A DNA stretch of 64,000 nucleotides from Selaginella moellendorffii (Eukaryota; Plantae; Lycopodiophyta), in the NCBI RefSeq assembly GCF_000143415.4, contig NW_003314320.1, positions 796,819 through 860,818 of the forward strand. The letters run 5' to 3'. Both the position numbers and the translations under genes were made by a program. Below, piece after piece: positions 51,247-60,451 of the stretch (the stretch's first letter is position 1; each line of letters opens with the position of its first letter). The notes under the pieces were generated by a model. That model was not told the DNA's origin. It saw only the letters and a program-made list of their open reading frames with translations, and did not search any database.

Positions 51247-52836
51247 CAATTCAGTAGCTTGATAAACATGCAAATACAAAACTTGATGCAAAATCCTTTG
51301 ATATGTCACAATGCCCCTAGGACCATAAACACATTTCAATAGAGAGGGTCCTTTCATTTCATAACTCCTTACGTAGATCTTGGTGAAACTAGAGTTAGTG
51401 AAGTTAATTTCTTGTGATCCCGCATCTGATTGTGATGTCCCTTTGCAGTGTCGATGGAAAGGTCAATGCACACCAAACTGTAAAATCTTGGAGCAAAATA
51501 ACGGTCGGATCTATGGCAAATGCCCCTGAAACATTGTAAGGCTCGTGTGGTCTCATGTGGTGTCCGATCGAGATGCTTCTTTGCAGGGTCATCAAGAAAG
51601 ACATTGTATACCATTTTGTAAAATCTAGTTGCGATCTAACGGTTGGATCTCCAGAAAACTCAAAAAAATCTCACGCTTGTCAGAATATCCTAGGAATATA
51701 CTCCTATGTGCCCCTGAAAATGGCATGCGGCCTCACGCCATTCAAGAGATAACGCCAGATGACACCGAGAATTTTTTGGTGCATTTTTTGGGTTCAAAAT
51801 TGCATGAGCCCACACGCTATAAAGTTTATCTTTGCCAAATAGAGAAAAGTTTATCTGTGTCATGTAAGGTAGTTACAGTCCTTTGTGCTCGGCATCTGCC
51901 TCTTGCAGCATTTGCACTGAAAGGGAATTTTTCTCCATTCAGCATTTGGCCCTGAAAATGGCATGCGCCCACACGCCATTCAAGGAATAACGCTACAGGA
52001 CGCCTGGATTTTTGGGTTTAAAATGTTTAGGGTTTTTTGGGTTTTTTCAAAATATTTTGGGTCCAACGTTTTTTGGGTTTCTTTGGTTCAAAATTGCATG
52101 AGCCCACACGCTATAATATTGATTTGAGAGAAAAATAGAAACAGATAGAATTTCTTTATTTAGCTGAACATCTGCCATTTTTGGAAATACAAGATGCTTT
52201 GGAATATCCAATCATACATGGTATAAATATAGCGAGGGTATTAAATGATATCCCAATCATGATCTTTCTTTTGGATTTCGCGTGCATGCAGTCCAAGGAA
52301 TGATGACGTTGCGGATTTCTTTTGGATTTTGCGTGCTTGCATGCGTGCGGCAATCCAGAAATTAATGGTGGCGCCCAAGTCTGAGGAATGATGACGTGGC
52401 GGGATTACCAACCGTTGTGACATTTCGCGCGTGTGAGGTTAGGTTTTGCATTTTGCTTCATCCTCGCGCTCGCACACTCGCGCTCACGCTCGCATTGCGC
52501 TCCCACTCGCGATCACGCTCACATTTGCGCTCATCTACCTTCTCTACAGGTTTCTCGTGTGCATCGGCGTCCACTCGCGCTTGCATCACACTCGCGCTCG
52601 CATCGCGCTCGTGTGCATTGGCGTCCACTTCAAGACACACCCAGTTTGTAACTTCGCCGCCAACTCCGCCGCCACTCCGCCACCCACACGCAGCCCACTT
52701 GGCGTCCCCGGAGATTTCAGCGCCACTCTCCAATTGTTAAGTGGCAGAGTAGCCTTGCTACTACGATCCGCTGCACACACAGTGCACATTCGCCAGCGAG
52801 TCCGGCCTCGATTGTCACACCTCCATTTGGCTTCAA

Positions 52837-55800
52837 ATGGTAAGTCGTTTAGGCCAAGTAGAAAATGGCATGAGGCCACATGCCATTCAGTAGCAACATT
52901 GGCATGCACCGATTGAGCTCTCGAGTGCAGTCCGGTTACAGATGGCGTGTAGCCTCACGCCATCTTAGGATGTAGCCTCAAGACATCTGATGCAGTGGTG
53001 AATGGCGTGTGGCTTCACGTTATTTCCAGCTGCTAGCTTTTCATCTGTCAACTCTAATTGTTGTGCATTTCTGAACAGGCGAGGAATTGCGTTCTTCTTC
53101 CAGCCACTGTCAATGTGGATGTAGAGAAGGGGGAGGAGCTCACCAGTTGGACTTTCGGGATGGAAGGCGAGGATCTGAGGCTGTACAACACAGATGGTGG
53201 GAGAAAAGAATGCATGGGGATCCTCATCCAAGTGACAGACACTCCATGCAGTTCCATGCAAGAATATGGACTGGCACTTGTGGTAGAGACAGCGTCCGCC
53301 TTCAAGATCCACCTTGCACATCCTAGCGGCTTCCTCGAGGGGGGCAGCAGCTATGAGGAATTCCTAGAGGGAGCTAGGGAGAGGTCGTCCAGGAGGCCCA
53401 CAATTTCAAAGACGCTGCGGGTCTATAAAGATCACATGGAATCCACGGACCTCACCTATGGCGATGTTCAAAAACTATATTCCAACATTGAGCCATTGAG
53501 AGTGCCTCCAGTTCGCGAAGCAAAGGGGAAGGGGGTCGATCTGGAAACTACCCCGAAGCAGAAAAGGGTGGTCAAGCTCAAGCCGACGTCCGACTCTGCT
53601 GCTCCAAAAAAGAAGCTACTCGGTGATGCCATTGCCTCGGGTTCGAACACTACACCCACCAAAAAGAAGAGCCGCAAAGAGCAGAAAGAGTAAGAAGAGG
53701 CAGCAAAAATCATCGCAGATAATAGTACTTGTTACTATTCCAACAAAGTATATACAATCGACATGAGCCATATCGACATCCAAAGCAAATACAACCACAG
53801 GCTAGTATCTGATGAGTGGGTGGAGAAACTAAAGCAGAAGATGTTGGCAAGTCCAGTAACACCCGACATCGCAGACGTGATCCCCTACTACCGAACAATG
53901 AAGGGCGAGACGAGGTTTCCAGACTTGATCAATAGGAAGGTGTTGGACGATCAGAACATTCGGTTCTATGCCGTCTCCGGGCAGCATTCTAGCTTGGCGA
54001 TGCAAGAGATAGTTGTGGATATTATGGTGGGCGAGGAGGTGAAGAAAGTCTTCAAGACAAAAGTTGTCTGCCTGATAAAAAGCAACTCGCCCCTCCGATC
54101 TATCATATCCATCTCCCATGCGCAGAATGTCAAGCAAGAAACGTGCTACAAATCGGGTCTGCACGAGACATTGGCACGAACACGGAAGCTCTGGGTTCAA
54201 CTGAAGAAGCCACAAAAACCAGGACAAGGACGTGCACTAGCAACTAGCGCCTGGCAGGTAAGCCTCGTTGCATGTGGTATAGCATGTGGCCTCACGCCAT
54301 TTCCATTGCAGGAATTCTCGAGTCTTCTCTCGAAAACACTGGGGGTCAATGACACACTCAGCATTCATAACATTCTACTCGCGACAAAAGTTGTTTTTGA
54401 CAAATGGGTAGATGTGCTGAGGAGGTACCATGACGAGGAGTTTCTAAACTCAATGGGTGTGGAGGACGGCCGGAAGCCCAATGATTTGAAGCTCAACGCC
54501 TTGCGTTTCTCGGGGTCTTTAGACGACGACGACCTTCTGACAGTGGCTAATGCTCTTCTACGTGGTGAGGTAGTCTTCAACAAGACCAAAATGACTCCCG
54601 GCCATATTGTGACATACGAGGACTTGTGCACGACTCTGAGAGCTCGTGCGCTATTGAAGGATTGGATCTTCAATAAGTGGCCGTGGAGAGGGTGAGCATC
54701 GACACCACGCAAGAGATGATGGAAGAGCTGGACTTGTCAAATGAAGACATCGACGACTACGTGAAGGGGGCCCCCAAGTTCATCGATCTGCTGCGGGATG
54801 CCACGAAAAGTAAAGCTGAGAAGTTGGATCAGTATCCAAATTTCATTAAGAGGGATGTCAACCGCCGGCTTCAGAAACAGCTCGACCCCGCAGCAGAGGC
54901 CTATCGAGAACCTTACCAGGTATACGTGAATTCGGATGAGGATCAAAGGTGGAGGAGCATTGTTTCCCGCGGAGATGAGCAGGTCAAGAACATCTTTTGT
55001 GTGATGGACTTCACAAACGAGGAGATCACTCATGCAGACGAAGTCAGCTCCATCATTGACTTAATGGTGGGACTTGCGGAGGTGGAATCTTCAGTCCACT
55101 ATATGATCTACGACTCCGAATCCTATCACAAGTTCTGGAAGGCCTTGAATGAGGTGAAGGCTCGGTTGAAAGGCAAGGAGATGCAGGAGATCCATGGGAT
55201 AATGGCTAAGAAGAAGATACCGACGAATGTCCGCATCTTCACACTCGCCCTTGTTATTGGTCCTGCAGCAGAGTGGGACTGGAGTGACTTCCCAGCTTCG
55301 TTCGACAAGGCTGATCGAATTGATATGAGGGAGGTCAATTTACCCGTGCTTGAGGAACTGAAGACGGCTATGGAGCTTTCGAATCCAAAGAAAGCTCCAG
55401 GTGCAGCATGGGAAATGCTCAGCTGGGTCGTCAACGCAATAGCACCTGCTTCCGACTCCAAGGGCAAATGCGTTGTCGAGTACAATTGCGGCGGACTATT
55501 CTTTCGAGCCGCACTACTCAAGGGTGTCCCGTGTGTTGCGGTGACAAACTCCATTGAAGAGGTGACTTCAATGAAGCATATAATTACAGTTGCTAAAGAA
55601 AAACAGTATCTTCTCTGCGAACCTGGTGAGTACGCACTTTAAGTTTAAATGTTATCTCACAAGCTCTGTATGCAGGAGCGTGGCCACCCCCAGATGCTGA
55701 AACGGCGTTAACAGCTACTGTTGGGCCGAGCTCACAACCTGCACAAGGTAAGGTCACGTGAGGCCTCATGCCATTTTGATTATAGATCGTTGTGAATATT

Positions 55801-58382
55801 CAGACACGAGGACTGAAAAGCGTACTGGTGGCGCGTCGAAGAAGGACAAACAGACAAGCAATAGGAAAAAAGGAGGTACAAATTATATTTGCAATGGTGT
55901 GTGGTCTCATGCCATTCCTTGCAGGAGACACTTCTTCAAAGGCAAAACAGGCAAGCACCAGCCAAGCTCAAACTGACAGTGGTCATAAAAAGCGAAAACA
56001 CGTTGGACAGTCATCGGGATCAGAGGTGTTTGATTCGAAAAGGAAGAAGGGCAATGAAAAGATGATAGGTAATGCCTCGCGGTCACCACCTCCTGACTCA
56101 GATTCCTATGGCGGACTCCCCTTCCCCAATCTCAATGGAGAGGTACAATGGATGAGGGATGCTTTTCAAGTCAGGGCCACGTTTTTCTCATCTCGTCGTC
56201 TTCAAAGGGTGCAAGAACGTGTAGAAACCATGTTAAGACAGTCGGGTGAGGATACGGTCCTAGATCATGCACTAAAACAGGCTATGGATGTCTTGTATTT
56301 TGAGATGGAGACTCGGCCAGATGATTTTCCCAAGATGGTCCTGGAAGAACAAGCCATCCAGCCTGAGCAGCCTATGGAAGAAATGCAGGAGGGGGATGAG
56401 GAGCCAGAGAAAGATAATGAGCAGGAAGAGCAGAAGGAGGAAGAGGAGGACAAAGAAGAGGAGGACGAAGAAGAGGAGGACGAAGAGGACTTGGATGGTC
56501 CTCACAATGGTGACGATCACAATAACGACGACGACAATGATGACGATGATGGCCAGCCTGAGGTGGCCAAAGAGCAGCGGAGGAAGGTCATACAAGACAA
56601 ACCATCAGGTAAATAATAGTACATCCATTCCTAACCTTTTACCATTTCTAACATTGTCCATGTAGGTTGCAAAGCAAATGGTAAGTAGAGATTATTCAGT
56701 TGAATTAAGATACAAACTCTAGCCTTTAGTGTCGAGGAAGGATAGTGCCAAGCAAGGGTCGAAACGTATGTCCAATCCTTCAGAATCAGCAGTGCGCCCA
56801 AGTGATATCGGTCCTAGTTCCTCAATAGCAGTTGATGGTAAATACAGTATAGTCGATTCAATGTGCTAATGAGTTTGTTTTTAGTAGCCAGTAGGGAGGA
56901 TACCATCTCAATCGAAGGGAGATATTTGGACATGCATATGGATCCACCAATGGACTCTACTTGCCTGCAAGAGTCATCAGAGCTGGTGGAGGCTACTATC
57001 CATATCAACGCCAAGCAAGCTGACCACGCTCCACTTGATGCTGCCCATACCACTGAGTCAATCTTGTCCACGTATCCAACTGACGGTGACCAGGCGCCAT
57101 TGGACCCGCATGAGGCCGCCCCAGCCGCCAAGCCGGTCGTATCCTCATTTCCAATGGACTCAACGTGTGCCCAATCGTCTGACTACGCGCCATTGGAACC
57201 TCCCTACACCACCCCTGCTGCCTGTTCGGTCATGTCCACTTTGCCAACGGAGGCACCAGCTGAAATGGCGTGTGATCACACGCCATCGGAACCACCCCAT
57301 GCCACTGTTGAGCCAGTTGTACCAGAGTCTACAGCTGAAATGGCATGTGCCCACACGCCATCAGATGCGATTGACCCCACATTGCAGAGGAGAGTATTTC
57401 CGCCCTTCACGTTTCCTTGACCAAAACCCTCTCAACGACCATCGGGAGCACCATTCGCTAATATTGTAGATGGTAAAATTGACTTGTACCATTTTTTATG
57501 CTGACGCATTTCATTTCAGAGTCACGGCGAAGGTACTGTATCATTTTTGATCTGAACGGTGTCCTTTTCTCCCATGAGCGTGGCTCGTCCTTGAATGTCA
57601 CTGCACCCTCCAAAGCCTGCGGTCGCAAGTTGGTCAAAAGAGACAGATTCACATTAATCACACGGGAGAAACTGCGGGATCTAATAATGACCATGCGACA
57701 CTTAAAACAGAGGGTTGGGTTCAATTTGCAATTGGGAGTTTGGACATCCATGATGCGCCACAATGCATTAATGTTGCTACAGATGATGCACGATCAGACG
57801 CTAGTAATATTACCATTTGACTTTCTCCTAACGCAGGAGGATTGCTTGACTATGGTCCATGTGAGGGGTAGCAAGCCCATCTTCGTCAAACCAGAGGCTG
57901 TAGTGATGAACCGGACTGCTAGGTCAAGTGAAATCCTCATCATCGATGACTCGCCGATTAAAACTGCAGCGAACACGCACACATATGCAGTGCACCCCAT
58001 CTCTTGCAGTATGGAAACTAGGGAGAAGAAACCGTATGTTCTGGGTGACCTTGCAAAACGGCTTGGAGCGATGGTGATAGAGAACCGGCCAGTCCAGGAG
58101 GTGGCTGCAGAAATCAACCAAATGGCATATGGAACGGTATATCAGAAGCCATTTGATCGGACAGACACCAGTCATCATTTATGGCATGTATATTGTCTAG
58201 CCAAGCACTATCCGCATCTCCATAATCTGCTCAACCGGATGGGTTCTTCGACCACTAAACATGAGCGTGGACGTATTAGAGAAGAGATGGCATTACTATT
58301 GGGTTTAAATCCTGATAGTGTGGAGAGTGATGAAATTCCAAGATTATTGTATAAGCGTTGGAGGCAAAAAATAACAGTCTGA
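52837..58382 (+). pseudogene. Multidomain element gene (~1630 codons): ParB-like, helical, degenerate N4/N6 DNA-MTase-like, acidic linker, FCP1/NIF HAD phosphatase-like; exons 52837-52839, 53079-54257, 54312-55625, 55676-55747, 55804-55875, 55925-56608, 56666-56680, 56730-56837, 56885-57472, 57520-58382
   Basis: All nine GT-AG introns are phase-consistent. Lesions: TAA 53691, 1-nt frameshift ~54680, TGA 57418. Motifs NHRLVSDEWVEKLK...FYAVSGQHSSLA; WVVNAIAP..KGKCVVEYNCGGLFFRAALLKGVPCVAV; CIIFDLNGVL...ILIIDDSPIK. Confidence 0.72.
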
Positions 58383-58829
58383 GATGGCATGTATTTATTT
58401 AAAAATGTAACTTATTATGGCATGGGGTTCCATGCCATTGTATTAATATTAAAAGACAATTCTTTGAGAGGATTTGCATTATACTAGAAGTGTTACAGCA
58501 TGTTATTGGAAGTCTACGAAGTTGTTTTATTAATAAGGGGAAAGTAAAGATTGAATGGGGACTTGGGCTCCACCTAGACTCGGAGCAACTGAGCCAATAT
58601 TAAAAGGATGGAAAGAAATTAGACGACGATGACAAAGAGAAGAGAGAGGTGAAGCAGTGGCAGGGGGAGGAGAAGTGATTGAGTAGACATTTCCTTGTTT
58701 AAAATAAAATGGCATGTGCCTCAATGCAGTTGAATTTTGTTATATTTATATACTATATAAAGGTTTGGAAACCTTATTTTACAAGTGGGATAATGACAAT
58801 TCCCACTTTAACGAAATAGAGCTTATGGT

Positions 58830-60430
58830 GATAAGGTTCAGTTGTCCAAAGCTCGATTGGACGTTCTAGAAGGACAATTGGCATAGACCAATGCCCTGCT
58901 AGAGACTCTCGTACGTAAGTTAAAGCATGACGAGAAGCGGAAGAAAAGGCGAAAGACTGCGGATGCTGGCAGCGCAGAAGGTGCGGACCCTTCGGCAGGG
59001 ATTGAGGTAAAACTAAACAAGGTCGAACAAACCGAAATGGAATCAGTCCCTCAGGCAATTCCTAAGTACAAACCAAAGCCTCCACTGATCTTCAAGGGAG
59101 TGAATGACTATAAGGTGGTGGAGGATTGGTTTTACAATATGGAAGACTACTTCTGAGCATTGTAGTTACCGAGCTTGAAAAAAGTTCCATATGCAAAACC
59201 ATACTTGGGAGATAATGCCAAGTCTTGGTGGAGAATGACAGAGGCCAACGAAGGACCGGTGGCTACTTGGGAAATGATGAAGGCGAGGATCCACGCGACT
59301 TACGTTCCTCCAAATGCTACTCTACACCTAAGGGATGAGTTGAGTAGGCTAAAGCAAATTAGAACCATTCAAAAGTATGTGAATGGGTTTATGGCAAAGA
59401 GGATACTTGTCACAAATATTGCCTTTATATCAAGGTTGCAAACTTGGGCTCGTGGTGAGGTGATGCATTGAAACTTGACCAACTACAAGGAAGCATTGGA
59501 TGCGGTTATTAAGGTGCATTTCAATGATAACCTGCGAAAGGAGAATATGACAAGATCGAGGTTGACGTTTAGCAAAGGGGCCAAACCAAAGGGAATATAT
59601 AACAAAGGGAAATTCAAGAAGAGTTTCTATAAGAATGAATCCTCGGGGTTCCAGAAAGGTAGATCCGGTGGCCAGCAAGCAAGTACGTGGGGGAGTAAAA
59701 AAAAAAGAGATAAACCCACAAATAAGAAGGTCAAGTTTGCTAATAGTGTGGGAAACAACGTATGCTATAACTGTAATGAAGTGAGACACTTTTCGAGGTA
59801 ACATCCCTACCTAAAGAAGGCCAGAGCTAATATAGCCATTAAGTTGGGTGAAATCTAAATTGAAGTACGTGATCCAGTCCCTAGCTCAAAGTTATTCATT
59901 ACATGAGCAACTTTGGTAGAGAGTCGTTCGCGACATCTACTAGCTCTCCGAGGGAAGCTCAGAGGTAGCTTTGTTAAGATCCTTATTAACATGGGTGCTT
60001 CGAATAATTTTGTGGCTAAACATAGTCTGGCAAGCTGGACTAATGGTGTAGTGGCTGGGTGAACTAAGGACGATAGAGTTTGTTTAAGGTAGCTAAAGTA
60101 CCAATGAGATACTTTAACAAGCAAGAGTTGAAGTAGGGACATGGAAAGTAGATATGGATTTCACCGTGTTGGACATGGTGGGATTTGACGTGATCTTTGG
60201 GATGGATTGGTTCAATCGGTTCATAGTAGCCCTGCATGGACAAGGTAGAAACCTTGTGGTACTAGCGAATGCCCAAGGAAGAAGATCCAAGGTGGAGGCC
60301 TAGGATCTAAAGGTAGGGCAATGCAAGGCCAAAGATTCCTACCTAAACCTGGTGTCCACGAGAGGACAACTCACTAAAGGAACCAAGGCAGCATTCTTGT
60401 GCTTACTCTTGGTGAAGAGTCACTAAAAGA
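58830..60430 (+). mobile_element. Degenerate Ty3/gypsy gag-protease region
   Basis: YLGDNAKSWW gag motif, CYNCNEVRH zinc knuckle, protease-like ILINMGASNNFV (~59980) and FDVIFGMDW. Confidence 0.8.
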
Positions 60431-60451
60431 CGGGAACGGAAGAAGTACCTT

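Larger units (their letters stand above)
45081..58800. mobile_element. Large DNA-transposon-like island with two divergent genes and ~28 dispersed 22-bp palindromes
   Basis: Transposase-like gene plus a multidomain gene. The motif ATGGCRTG-N6-CAYGCCAT runs from 45246 to 58730. Termini not identified (left end in the gap). Confidence 0.75.

Noticed and set aside
45246-58730. CRISPR-like array interpretation of the dyad repeats
   Set aside because: Spacing is irregular (tens of bp to kb), copies lie in introns and exons, and no cas-like gene is seen.
42026-60430. A single gypsy element split by the DNA transposon
   Set aside because: pol lies left and gag right on the same strand (wrong order), and an assembly gap intervenes.
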